Assembly: GCA_964016885.1 (NCBI GenBank)
Contig: OZ024742.1
Span: forward strand, 170,996,001 to 171,060,000
DNA length: 64,000 nt
Origin: Eledone cirrhosa
Lineage: Eukaryota
Direction: 5' to 3'
Below the pieces are notes generated by a model. It did no database searches. It saw nothing but the letters and a program-made list of their open reading frames with translations, and was not told where the DNA came from. Below, one piece after another: positions 18,349 to 34,376 of this stretch. The first letter of the stretch is position 1. Every line of letters begins with the position of its first letter. Made by a program: the position numbers and the translations under genes.

Positions 18349-18923
18349 TACACATATGATACTGGAAACCTCAAAATATCACGTATATTCAACCTGCTGG
18401 TGAGCTGCTTATCCACATTTCACCTCTATTCAAGGCCATTGCTATGAGACAAATATATGTTGTCATTCTCTCCCATTTCCCCTCAAGCTGCATTACTATG
18501 CATGCCACTTTTGGCATGCTCTCATCACAACCTCTTTATCCCGAATTCCCACCACTGTCACTCTTTGCTCCACTGAGGGTACAACAGTCCCCCTAATGCT
18601 GGTGATAAAATTCACCAAATATTTTAATGCTAGCACCACGAAAAATGTATCCAGTCCGGTCTGTCAAATAGTCGTACGGGTGTCATGACAAAATGTACAA
18701 AGTACACTCTGTAAAGTGGATGAAAACAGAACAGACATTCTGGTGTTACGCTGTGAATTTAAGGCATGATTCAGAAATACCAGAAAGAGGCACCCAATGA
18801 AACATGTGTATCTCAAATGACTGCATAGTTAGTGTAAGAAACATCTGTATAGAATTCGCCGAATGGAATGAGTGCTCTTCTAATTTTGGACATCCTTTAC
18901 CACTACACATACAAACACAGACA

Positions 18924-19023
<100 letters not shown>

Positions 19024-19384
19024 AATAGGTAAAATCCTGACTACGGCGCCAAGGCGGTCTGTTAACATCATGTTCCAAACTATGGCGAGCATATATATAT
19101 ATGAAAAAAGAATTACACTATAATACTTGCTGATGACAACACATCAAATGATTATTACGCAACCATTTTAACGTCTTCGAAATTCGTATAACATGACTAT
19201 ATAATAAACAGAGGACGCATACATAGAACCGTCTCTCTTCTTTATAATGTTGATAATTCGTCTGATACCTTGTAGGTAATACTTTAAGGTACACACATCG
19301 TGGAATGCTTACACCTGTTTACACTATAATCGGTTGATTAACTGATCAACCAACGTTTATTTACTCGTAACCATAAATAAATAA

Positions 19385-19425
<41 letters not shown>

Positions 19426-19552
19426 AAGTTATATTTAAAATTGTTGGGTTACAACTAGTAAATATTTATAACTGATATAAAAGCACTCGACAAATATTTG
19501 GAGTATATTTGCAATATTAAATAAATGGAAAACTATATTTATAAAACCATAT

Positions 19553-19620
19553 TTATTTCATTATATATATTTCGGGGATATCATATTAACAATATGCTAT
19601 GCCTTCATCAGACAAAATAC
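19553..19620 (-). ncRNA. Minimal hammerhead motif (family B)
   Basis: Reverse complement reads tattttgt-CTGATGA-aggcatagcatatt-gtt-aatatgatatcccc-GAAA-tatata-TA-atgaaata. Confidence 0.68.
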
Positions 19621-20858
19621 AATATAAACAGTTTTATAGATAAATATATTCGACATACCGTAATAAACTTCAACTTCATTTGAAGAGGTTTACGGACAAA
19701 TTTATTCAGTTGTTGCAAACATAGATTAAACTCAACGTTTAAATATAAATTTAAATTTAAAATGTAGTATATTTAGTTTGATTTATATTTATATGAGAAC
19801 TAGCCGATAAATCTTTTGATTCCTAAATCTTTGATTCCCTCGTTTTACTCTTTTTATTGTTTATTTTATTTTATTTATTTTTATTTTTATCTAAACATTC
19901 CTCATGAAAAATTAAGCTACCCTAAAAGCCGATGCTCCAAAAATTTTTTGAATTAACCTTACACTAGATAAACTTCTATATTAAACATAGGAACATATGT
20001 AGACATTATTGGACATCATAATCTTTTTACGATATTCTTTGCTAGATGTGATTTGATAGATAATTTTTGCTTTGTCTTGTAGTGAACTTGGCAATATATT
20101 GTCAATTAACTTTGAAGGGTTGTTTTTTGTGGTTTATTTTTATTTTCATTTTTATTTTTATTTTTATTTTTATTTTTATTTTTACTTTTATTCTTTTAGT
20201 ATTTTTATATATTTTTATATGTAAATTTTTATATGTAAATTTTTATATGTATATTTTTATATGTAAATTTTTATATGTAAATCTTTAACACGTAATATTT
20301 TTTAATACGTAGTATTTTTAATATGCAATATTTTTATTATGTAATATTCTTTCGTAATATTTTGTTAGTTTTCTATTCTATATTTTTATATATTTTTACT
20401 TATTATTATTATTATTGTTATCTTTGTTTATAATATAATATATATTTTCGATTAGTATATTGAAATCTGCTCTCTATTTCTGCTTGATAGATAATCTTGT
20501 AGAGTAATCGCAAGAATAATAATACGCTCAAATTTTTATACCACATTGAGAATGTTTTCCGATAACTTAGAGTTTGCGGAGTGAATCAGTTGGATTCACA
20601 TTGAGATTTGTAGCTGTCACATAGACATGTGAATTTTTAAAACTAAACATAAGATAATGAATTTTCACACATTGTGAATACTTGTTTCATTCAGGAATAC
20701 TGATATTTACAGTGTAGTGTAAGTTTTATAAATACTAATACATTAAAACATAGGGTTTTCTACGCCTCGAATATGTCTGGATATTTTTAAATTTTTTTTT
20801 TCTCTCTCTATATCTCTCTATATCTCTCTATATATCTCCCTTACATTAATACTTGAGC

Positions 20859-20897
<39 letters not shown>

Positions 20898-21256
20898 ATG
20901 TATCATTGATACACTTACTCAAAATGACCTACCACTACCTAATTTTCTATATATATATATGTATCTATCTCTATTTCCTCTCTCTCTCTATATATATATA
21001 TCTTTCTGTCTCTTTACATGAAGCTCTTCACTTTATCTATTTTTCCATCTCTCTATTTTGTTCCATGCATTTCTTCTTTTTCTTTTTCTTCTTTTTCTTC
21101 CTTTTCTTCGTTTTGTCTTTCTTTCTTTCGTTTTTCCCTCTTTTCTTTCTCTCTTTCTTTCTCTCTGTATTTTCACTGCTAGCGTAAACCTCTTCAAATG
21201 AAGTTGAAGTTTATTACGGTATGTCGAATATATTTATCTATAAAACTGTTTATATT

Positions 21257-21324
21257 GTATTTTGTCTGATGAAGGCATAGCATATTGTTAATATGATATC
21301 CCCGAAATATATATAATGAAATAA
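21257..21324 (+). ncRNA. Minimal hammerhead motif (family B, plus copy)
   Basis: Same motif, in the arm 21184-21365 that is the inverse of 19512-19694. Confidence 0.68.
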
Positions 21325-21361
21325 ATATGGTTTTATAAATATAGTTTTCCATTTATTTAAT

Positions 21362-21406
<45 letters not shown>

Positions 21407-21411
<5 letters not shown>

Positions 21412-21826
21412 TAAAGTTAGTCCTTCATCAGTGATCTTCCAACCATCATTGGTATTTCATCGCTTTAAAGACCATATACCTCCGGTTGGTGCGAGCAACG
21501 GCTAACAAAAGTCGTTGGGACACGTAAATAAAGGGGACACGAGTGTAAACAAACAAAGATGGTGAAGCAACGAAAAGTGAGGAAGAAGAAGTTGGGACTT
21601 GACTCCTTCTTCCTCACTTTTCGTTGCTTCACCATCTTTGTTTGTTTACACTCGTGTCCCCTTTATTTACATGTCCCAACGACTTTTTTTAGCCGTTGCT
21701 CGCACCAACCGGAAGTATATGGTCTTTAAAGCGATGAAATACCAATGATGGTTGGAAGATCACTGACGAAGGACTAACTTTATTCATATGTAACCCATTA
21801 GCAACCACGCAGCACGTTTATTCTCA
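21407..21826. mobile_element. ~380-bp palindrome in (TA)n, PLE-like, with a truncated CTGAYGA core
   Basis: Arms 21407-21593 and 21601-21789 with few mismatches. No GAAA half follows the core. Confidence 0.65.
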
Positions 21827-21986
21827 TATATATATGTATATATGACCAAAGATTAGTATGTTTTGTTGATTAATCAAGGAATACAATTTTACAATAGATT
21901 AGAAGCACTCAACATGATTTTTCCTGGAGTTTTTAATATCATTCAAAATATTAACAAATGAAAATTATTCTCAAAATCAAAATATA

Positions 21987-22225
21987 TACTTTATTATATG
22001 TATTTCAAAGGTACTGTGTTGTTTTTTCAGTACGTCCTCATCAGACAAAATATATGATTTGATATATGACATACCGCTACGGTCTTGATTATTCAATTGA
22101 CTGCCAATACTGGGATTGAATAATCAAGACCGTAGCGGTATGTCATATAACAAATCATATATTTTGTCTGATGAGGACGTACTGAAAAAACAATACAGTA
22201 CCTTTGAAATATATACAATAAAGTA
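21987..22225. ncRNA. Opposed pair of hammerhead motifs (diverged family A): minus 21987-22052, plus 22160-22225
   Basis: CTGATGA-ggacgtactg..cagtaccttt-GAAA. The minus copy has a TA cleavage site; the plus copy has CA, which is likely inactive. Confidence 0.68.
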
Positions 22226-22269
22226 TATATTTTGATTATGAGAGTATTTTTGCAATTGTTAATATTTTG

Positions 22270-22326
<57 letters not shown>

Positions 22327-22443
22327 GTATGCTTTTGTAGAGGAATGTCTAGTGCAATCGCTAAAAGTTAATATTAACATCAGGACCGAATGTAGTAAAA
22401 CACCGAGGATGAATAAACATTTACTGTATAATTTCATTATAAA

Positions 22444-22670
22444 CTAGACCACGTGTGACCTGTTGGGTCACGTTCACTTAAAAATAATTCTTAAATAATT
22501 AAAATATATACAGACATGTATATAATGTGAAATGAAATTTTCAATCTACTCTCTCACAACCTCTATCTCTTCCCCACTATCTTTCTCTCTCTCTGTCTGT
22601 CTTTCTTTCTGACTCTCTCTCTCTTTCTCTGTCTGACTCTCTCTCTCCCTCTGTCTGTCTCTCTCTCTCT

Positions 22671-22736
<66 letters not shown>

Positions 22737-22890
22737 GAAGGTACCCGGAAAAACCCCGTATCTCGGAAACCCGAGCTCCGATTTACGCGAAACTTGTTTT
22801 ATTCCGTTTGTATTCCTATTTCAGGGGAAACTTTCTTTCAAAGTATTTTACCATTATGCACACAATCACAAAGTTTTGCTAGTATATAGA
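22444..22890 (-). mobile_element. Non-autonomous Helitron carrying a (CT)n tract
   Basis: Minus strand: A|TC start, 3' hairpin gtgacc-caaca-ggtcac, CTAG|T end, no TSD. Confidence 0.7.
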
Positions 22891-23512
22891 TTGTATGCAG
22901 TATATTTCGAACTTAGATTTTAAGGAATATATGGTTATAAGATGTATAGAGGGCGAGGCGAGACAGAATGAAAGCAAGAAGGTTAAAGACGCTATGTAAA
23001 TGAGATATGGTTAACAACAAAAAGCTAGAGAGGGTGGGTGGGGAATAGTCAAGAATAGGCAGGCAAGTTGAAATCAAATAGAAGATAGGACAAAAATGTA
23101 TGCGTAACATCAGTAAAATAATCTTATAACATTTTTGCGATGAGTAAAAATTAGATTTCATTGACCTTACTCCTACGTTTGTTTTTGGTTTATTTAGAAT
23201 ATTTGTAAAATAAATTTTCTAAATGTGATTTTGATTTATATATATCGTGTTTCTTATCAAATTCGTATAATGCTACAAAATACTAATCTTTAATAATTTA
23301 TCTATTGTTGTTTTAGTTGATTTTATTATTATTGTTGTTTTTGTTTTTGTTGTTAGTAGCGGCAGCTATAATGTTATTCATGAACTGTCTCTGGTGGGAG
23401 GAGCTGATAATGTATTACGTTTCATTCTTTGATTTATGAGAAAATAGGCAAATAAATTTGTTTGCCATAGTAACATATTTGCATTATTACTATATATATA
23501 TATATATATGTA

Positions 23513-23898
23513 AGGGCGGTGGATTGGCAGAATCGGTAGAACGTCGGACAACGGGCCTTCCAGCATAGAGGTACACCCCTTCAAGTTCTGAATTAAAATC
23601 CAGCCGAGGTGAGCTTTGCCTTTCATACTTACGGGATAGATATAATAAAGTACCAATAATACACTGGCTCGATTTAATCGACTTTCCCGTTCCTCCAAAT
23701 TGCTGGCCTTGTGCTTATAGTAGAAACCAAGAAGTAAGGGCGGTGGATTGACAGTATCGGTAGAGCATCAGACAACATGCTTTGCTGCATAGTGGTACGT
23801 CCCTTTGCATGGTCAATAGAACGAAATAATGTACTGAGGTCGATATAATCGGCTTCCTTCTTCTCCAAAATTGTTGGCCATGTCCTTAAATCAGAAAC
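23513..23898 (+). mobile_element. Two older SINE copies
   Basis: gggcggtggattg(g/a)cag heads at 23514 and 23738. Confidence 0.7.
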
Positions 23899-24752
23899 CA
23901 CAGTTACTGTGTATATGCGGAAGAAGCACTAGCTCCTGTGTTCAATCTCAATGCGTGGCCACATAGGCAAGTGTCATTTATCACAGCTCCGTGTCAACCC
24001 ATGCCTTGTGAGTGAAATTTCTCACGCTGGATGTTTCTGGGGATTACGTTAAGAGTACACGTGTCTATAGAAAGCTCAATCACTTGCCCATTAATTTCAT
24101 AAGCAGGCAGTTCCATTGATAAAATAACAGGAACACTCATCGTCGAAACTGACGAAGGCACATTCCATTCCGCTGTTCTAACTATCAATATGCATCATTC
24201 AATGTTCTAAGTTCTAAAACCAAGGTGGGTAAACTAGGTGAGATCTGAAATAGATAGCAAAGTTATATCTAATGTTAATATTTATGCTTACTTCCCATAT
24301 TATGTATCCTCAAAATGTTCTTTGACAAGTTTATTTGAGATCTGAAATATGGCGCTAAATGAACAATAACTTAATACCGCAAAATATCTTGTGTGACACT
24401 GTACCAATTCTTCCAATCTCCTGGCTAATGATTTCATATATCAAAAAACTTAAAGTAAATGGTAGTGGTCCTCCATGGCCCCTGTCCGCTGGCCCTAACA
24501 GGTAAAAGTGTAACTACCACAAAGAAAGTCTTTTACTTATAGTTTTACTGGGATCATTTACGGGGATCCTTTCAGAAACTTGTTGGTACTAGGCCATCAA
24601 GTTTTGGGTTGTTGTGGCCATGGAGCGAGAACAATGGATTATATCAAGTCCAGTACAAGAGTGGTTCTTTATTTTATCAACAACAAAACCTAGACAACCG
24701 TATCTAAAATATCGCAAGATATTTTCTCCGTTGCTCTAACGTTTCTGCTAAT

Positions 24753-24955
24753 CTAGTAGTAGTAGTAGTAGTAGTAGTAGCAGCGGCAGCAGCAGTAGTA
24801 GTAGTAATAGTAGTAGTAGTAGTAGTAGTAGTAGTAACAGCATTAGTAGTAGTAGTAGTAATAGTAGTAGTAGTAGCACAAGTAGTAGTAGTAGTAGTAG
24901 TAGTAATAGTAGTAGTAGTAGCAAAAGTAGTAGTAGTAGTAGTAGTAATAGTAGT

Positions 24956-24999
<44 letters not shown>

Positions 25000-25027
25000 T
25001 AGTAGTAATAGTAGTAGTAGTAGTAGT

Positions 25028-25081
<54 letters not shown>

Positions 25082-25148
25082 TGCATCAGTAATAGATGTA
25101 TGAATGTTTGCAGTAGTAATACTGGCAGTAATAGTAGCCGAGGTATTG

Positions 25149-25181
<33 letters not shown>
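24753..25181. repeat. (TAG)n/(CAG)n compound microsatellite
   Basis: Seen directly. Confidence 0.95.
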
Positions 25182-25182
<1 letters not shown>

Positions 25183-25541
25183 ACCTGTTGCTGATTATTT
25201 GCAGAGATTTTCCAATTTTTGTATTTTCCACACAAAATTATAAAATTGTTTTCATGGCAATTTCCGTAAATTCTGTAAATATCCCTTCCTCTTCCCCACC
25301 CAAGTATATTTCATCCTTTCTTCTTCGCCTCCCACCATCCTTCCCATCTTTCTATATGCATTTATTTTGTCATTGAAGAAAATATATTTAGATGAAGGTT
25401 TTTCGAGAAAATTAAAAGTTAACAAAACAAATTGGATCCATTTAAAAAGGCTATATTTGAACGTGTCCTACATTACATTAAAGTGATCTTGTGTAAAATT
25501 CATCACATTTAGAGCTCTGGTTTCTGTAATATGCATATATG

Positions 25542-27963
<2,422 letters not shown>

Positions 27964-28051
27964 GATCGATCGACTTTCGTCAAATCGAACCGAGGAAACA
28001 ATGTTTTCGTCGGTCTTTCCAGTTGCTAGTACTATCTATCTGTCGCAACTC

Positions 28052-28180
28052 CAGATAGAAGGAGCAACGTGAAATAAAGTGTCTTGCTCAAGGATATAAC
28101 GCATCGCCCGGTCCAGGAATCTAACTCACAACCTCACAGTTGCGAATCCAATTCTCTAACCACTCAGCCACACGCCTTCA
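28052..28180 (-). mobile_element. Head of a second tRNA-derived SINE family
   Basis: Reverse complement gaaggcgtgtggctgagtggttagag..gattcctggaccggg..tccttgagcaagacacttta. Similar at 50780. Confidence 0.6.
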
Positions 28181-28263
28181 CACACACACATATATATTGT
28201 GAGTTCGATTCCTGGACCGGGAATGCATCAGCATGCGGAAGGCCAACATTGTCCGCACTACTA

Positions 28264-28820
28264 ATTCCTGTAATGAGAAACACACTCTTCTCTGTCTTTC
28301 CCCTCTATATATTGTATTTAAAGTGCCCAGGAAAACTATTTCCTTTGAGCTCATTTAATTAAAGGATTATTCGCGAGTCCTTTGGTCCGTTATTTTTACT
28401 TGATATTTGCTCCTTGCGCTCTCTCTCTGCTGTTGAGCACCTTAAATTGAATAGTATAGGCTGCCATCTCTAGCAGCTCGTTATGTTCATGCCACCAGTT
28501 ACTGCCCCGAGCACGCATTCCTCTTATGTCTACACGTGTGAAGGGTGGTTTATTTTAGTTCTCTCACGAGTAGTGCAGACAATGCTAGCCCTCCGCATGC
28601 TGATGACCCGCCGAGCCGTATTGGAACCCACTAAAATGGCGAAACATCCTGGTGAGTGTGTACATGTGTGATTTAGGTGAGGATGGTTTTTCATTTCAAT
28701 TTATACTTTTAATTTTAATGTTTTACACAATGCATCTAGTAGCTTATATTCTTCTCACGTTGGTGGTTCGAAATTCCTGTAATGAAAAAAAACACTCTCC
28801 TGTGTCTTTTCCCTCTATAT

Positions 28821-28826
<6 letters not shown>
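28264..28826 (+). mobile_element. PLE-like partial tandem (~510-bp unit) with a degenerate hammerhead core
   Basis: attcctgtaatga..cactc..ccctctatatattgtat at 28264 and 28773. CTGATGA at 28600 and ggcGAAAc at 28638-28645. Confidence 0.5.
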
Positions 28827-28869
<43 letters not shown>

Positions 28870-29063
28870 GTGTGTGTGTGTGTGTGTGTGTGTCTGATGG
28901 TAGCTAAGATGCTTCCATAGGCGGTATGCCGGTTGAGCACTCTATGTTCTTACAGAGCAGAGCGTGATATAATATAAACATGATCGTGTCTCGAGCTGTC
29001 TGCCGGCGAAACAATTGTAACACACAATAAATTGAGTTCAGATGCATCACTGATTTTTTGTTT

Positions 29064-29096
<33 letters not shown>

Positions 29097-29739
29097 ATGT
29101 GTGTGCGTGCGTATATATATGTAAAGCCAACAGCGAAAAAAACAATGTGTCATTAATATACGAGACATCTCAATGAATAAGACAGCTCAAAATACGTAGA
29201 TCAGAGAAGCATACAAACACAGTTTAACTTATGTCAAAACCTTCTAATAAGGGTAAGATGCAAACCAAAGCAAACCATAACAAGAAACTTCCGCTCGCAT
29301 CCCTAACTGCAGTTTCTGGAATTAAGAAACAATATTAATCATTCTTATAAATTAAGACAAACAGCATTTCAAGAAAATTCCTTCATCAGGGAGATTCTTT
29401 GGGAATGGAAGAGTTATACTCATCCATTAGTGTAAAATTAAGATGATAAATCCAAACCTTTTCCTCATCGAAGGCGCAGAGTGTATTTAGAGTCCCCATG
29501 CGATTACAAAGGTGAATATTTTTATATCACGGAGAAAATGACAGATTCATAACAACGCTAGAAATAGTTCACATAAAACCCGTGTATTGCAACTCGACAA
29601 GGCTTTGGCATAAGTTAAACTGTATGAGTGTGTATATATGGACTAACAATAAGTGTGAAAAAGACGGAAATCATATACCGGCCAAAACCAATATCTATTT
29701 AAAGAAGAGGCATAACAATATCTAGGCCCCAATACAGTG

Positions 29740-30400
29740 CACCACCACGTCAAACTATTGTAGACAACAAGCTTCTAAAGTATGTGAAGTCCTTCCCATA
29801 CTTATGAAGTAAAATCAATTCTAGCGCGGCTTCGGAAAATGAAATAGTAAATAAGATCGCCAAGGCTAGTGATGCCTTTGGAAAGGTGCAAGCAAAGTTA
29901 TGGAAAGAGAGAGGTTTGAGTTTGAAAACCAAAATCCCAGATTGTCGTGCAGTTGTCGTCTCAACATTGCTGTATGGGTTTGAATCGTGGGCATCACATA
30001 GAAAACATATTACATAGCTAGATATTTTCCACACGAGATGTCTCAGAATATCTGTGGTTTTACATGGAAGGACAAAGTCTCCAATGAACAGGTGTTTCAT
30101 AAATACGATATACAAAGAGGCCTTCTTAATTATGTATCAATTAAGATGAGCTGGCTATGTAACTAGGATGAATGATAAATAACTGCTCAAAATTATCACT
30201 TATGGCCAACTTTATGTGGGAGTACGAAACGCAGAGGCCGTTTCTTAGACACAAGGATAAACTGAAAAATCAAGTCAAGCATATTGGAATACAATTATCA
30301 GATTTTGAGAAACGTACTGCAGACTGTCATAGGTGGAGGAAAATCTGTGAATATACCATGTGGGGCTAGTCAACACAAGGATTGAGAACATAGGTGATCT
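29740..30400 (+). pseudogene. Degenerate RTE-clade LINE fragment (post-RT region)
   Basis: VKSFPYL*S..EIVNKIAKASDAFGK..LWKERGLSLKTK..AVVVSTLLYGFESW..FHTRCLR, with stops. Confidence 0.75.
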
Positions 30401-30566
30401 AAGGCAAGGTGAAAGGAATGCAGTTTCTGTTCAACAATTTGTCAGGATGCGGTCCAGTTTATAAAAGCAGAACAGGTTTAGTCTCTTACAGAAGACATAC
30501 AAACTAATATGTGGAGTAAAAGGAAGATAAAATGTTTTGGCCATTATGCGTCGAACACAAGAGAGT

Positions 30567-30640
<74 letters not shown>

Positions 30641-30861
30641 CACACAACACACTCACCACACACACACTCGCACACACATTCATAGTCATATAAACATATA
30701 GATATTTAGATATGTATGTATGTGCGAATGTATGTATATATGCATATACATATATATAGTTATGTGTATAAATATATACTCTTTTACCTGTTCCAGCCAT
30801 CCGGCTGAGGCCACGCTGGGGCACCGTCCTTTATATATATATATATATATGTGTGTTGTGT

Positions 30862-30938
<77 letters not shown>

Positions 30939-32826
30939 TAAGTATATTGGGATATTTATTTTGTAAGTATATTGGGATATTTATTTTGATTTGTATATCA
31001 ACACAGATTTTACTATAATCCTCTTTTCTTTCTATTTCGAGTATCATTTTTTTAAAACTAATTTCTTTTCCTTTCTTAATCCCAAATAATTAAAATAGGA
31101 TCTTTCTCCATTGTAGTATATCCTTCTTCTGTTTCAATTTCGACTGTTTATTTTGTACAGTTATATTTTTTTAATTATAAAATTCTCATTTGTTGATATA
31201 TCTTGTGTGAATGAGCGGTATTAAATGGCTTGTAATATGCCAAAATGTAGCTTGTCTGATGTGTTAGAGTGTAAAAGAAAAGGAGGAACTAAAAGATTGA
31301 ATTAATAGCAAAGCAAAAGTTGTATATTTTATAAATATTATGAAGGCATAGATGCAGGCATAGCTGTATAGTTAAAGAGTTCGCCTGGCAACCATGTAGT
31401 TCCTGGTTCATATTCATTCTGTAATTCTGTAGCTCCTTGAGCATGTGTCGTCTGGTAAAGCCACAGGATGACCACACACACACGCGCGCGCGCGCGCACA
31501 CACATATTTATATATAGGCGTATGTTTGTGTCTGTGTTTACATTTATGCCTGTATATATGTCTCGTAACATTGGTTGACCAATGTTTTACATATTCCTCT
31601 TACTGGTTTTAAATACTAAATATTATCAATACACTTCTTTGTTAGTCACGCAGCCTAGCTATTGTTGGAGATTGACCTCTGTCGGGCCCGACAACATGTA
31701 TTCCAGTCGTTCAAACAGAGCAACCTACTCGTAAAATGATGTGCAGAAGCTGAACATTCCACAGACACGTGTACCCCTAACTCGATTCTGGTTCTTTGAG
31801 TTACAAATAGAACAAATTTGTTTTCAGCTATCTGGAGCAACGTGAAATAATGAGTGAAGGGGTTGGTAAAATGAAGAGCATCCAAACAAAGGGGAAATAG
31901 GATTCTCTAGATGTGTAAAAAAAAAGACATGACATTCTCCCTAAGGCTGAGGCCACGACAAAATGCCCCAGTATATTCTGTAGAGTACCAAAATGTATAC
32001 ATGCGATATGGAACACCACCTCTGTCCGCCTGTGAGGGGGAGTAGCTGTGATTAAAGTCCTGGTCTGTTACGACCCGCCCAAATCTTGCTAGCGGAGTAA
32101 ATAGATGTTTGATGATGATGATAATGATAATGATGACAATGGTGATGGTGATGATAATGATGATGACAATGAGGTGCGTGTGTGTATATGTGTGTGTTTC
32201 GCTCTGAATATCTCTCTTTCCGAGTGAATAATTAAACGAGGATAGAGATATTAAACATCGTTGTAAGAATATTCAGACACATATTTCTAGAATTATCTGA
32301 AATTAGCGCTGAAGATTCATTGTTCTCCAAAACAATAACCAAATTACCGATTCCTATCTCCAATGTTAAACATTTTACTTCCATCTCATTTAATTCTGGA
32401 CTATTTTTTAAATATTTTTAAAACTATTTTTGTTGTATGTATACTTTATTTTATTATATGAATTTTTAAAAATAAAAAAATATTTAAACATTTTTCGTTA
32501 AAATCTTTTTTCTTTATATTAATTTTATTTTTGTAGTTGTTAATGTTTGTGTTGTTGTTGCTGTTGTAACATAACAGTTTCTTTGTTAATATGAAACTAT
32601 TTTCTACCAGACAAAACATATTTTTAACACAGAATTTAATTTGGTATGGCCAGGGTAGGTGGGGTCGGACGGAGGCGAACAACAAGAACAACAAAAATAA
32701 TCAAGAAAAACAAACAAAGCACACAACAAACCTATGAAAATAATGCAAATTCTAAAGCGTGCACACACACACACACACACCACACATATGTGTGTGTGTA
32801 TATATATATATGTGTATATATAAATA

Positions 32827-32867
<41 letters not shown>

Positions 32868-32869
32868 CG

Positions 32870-32908
<39 letters not shown>

Positions 32909-33092
32909 TGCGTGTGTGTATATATGTGTGTGTGTATATATATATATATATGTGTATATATATATATATATGTATATATTTATATGTGTGTGTATGTATA
33001 TATATATATGTATATATATGTATATATATATATATATATGTAGATATATGTATATATGTGTATATATATATGTATATATATATGTGTATATA

Positions 33093-33156
<64 letters not shown>

Positions 33157-33649
33157 TACATTTCTTCATAAGTAGATATATAAATTACACATATTATTAT
33201 TTAATTTATATATATGCATATATACATATACATTATATTATATATATGTGTGGTCCTGTTTAACGTATACATGCATGTATGCATGTATGCATGTATGCAT
33301 GTCTGTCTGTCTGTATGTATGTATATATATTTTATGTGTGTGTATTTATATTGAGAAGCATGTATACATTAGTTTGTGGAAGTGCATATCTGTAAGGGTG
33401 CATTTCGCAATGTGTGTTAGAACATAACACTAGGGGGTTTAAAGTATACATGTCTCTCTGTGTATTGCTTATAAACACTCATTGTGAATGTATACGTTGA
33501 ATAGATGTGTAAATCGTGACGTTTTGTGTGAGTCGTGTAAAACGTGACGTTTTGTGTGCATGAATGTATGTGCCTGCAAAATATACAATATATATATGCA
33601 TACACACACAAACACAAATATTAATGTGTGTGTGTATGTGTTTTAGTAT

Positions 33650-33736
<87 letters not shown>

Positions 33737-33783
33737 GTAATAAAAAAATATATACAAACATATATGTATACATGAATATATAT

Positions 33784-33814
<31 letters not shown>

Positions 33815-33853
33815 TTAGTAATAAAAAAAGATATACAAACATATATGTATACA

Positions 33854-33933
<80 letters not shown>

Positions 33934-33972
33934 GCATATAAGTATATATATATATAAACATATGTGTGTGTA

Positions 33973-34011
<39 letters not shown>

Positions 34012-34340
34012 GTACATACATACACACATATATACAAACACACATACTCATACACAAATACACATATACGTATGTGTGTGTGTGTGTGCCCATACACGTG
34101 TATGTCCATGCAGGCTAGAAAGTGTATGTGTTTGTTGTGACAGTGTATGTGTATGCATATGGTGAATATGGTGTAAAGAAGGGCAGTTGACATAATATGA
34201 AATATAAAGTGAAAAAGCAATTAAGAATATTCTGTTGTTTAAGTGTCATAATAGATTCTAGAAGAAGGAATAGAGTGGAAACTCTGAAAACACCAATATT
34301 ATTCTACTTCTGCGATTAAGTTTAACAATAAATACTTCAC

Positions 34341-34376
34341 CTGAAATGGACCTTCCAGAAGTTTCCTTCGCCTTTT
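34341..34376 (-). CDS. Candidate 36-nt phase 1-1 micro-exon, (E)KAKETSGRSIS(G)
   Basis: Acceptor ctttactttgcag| and donor CAG|gtgaag (weak). Length is a multiple of 3 and it joins in frame (G+GT=Gly) to the exon at 4685. Confidence 0.5.

Noticed and set aside
19920-20770. Possible old GIY-YIG remnants (KIIYQIT; LSENI..NREQ) on the minus strand
   Set aside because: Too short and degenerate to support without an alignment.
24704-25231. Thr/Ala-rich mucin-like ORF
   Set aside because: A (TAG)n/(CAG)n microsatellite with no unique coding context.
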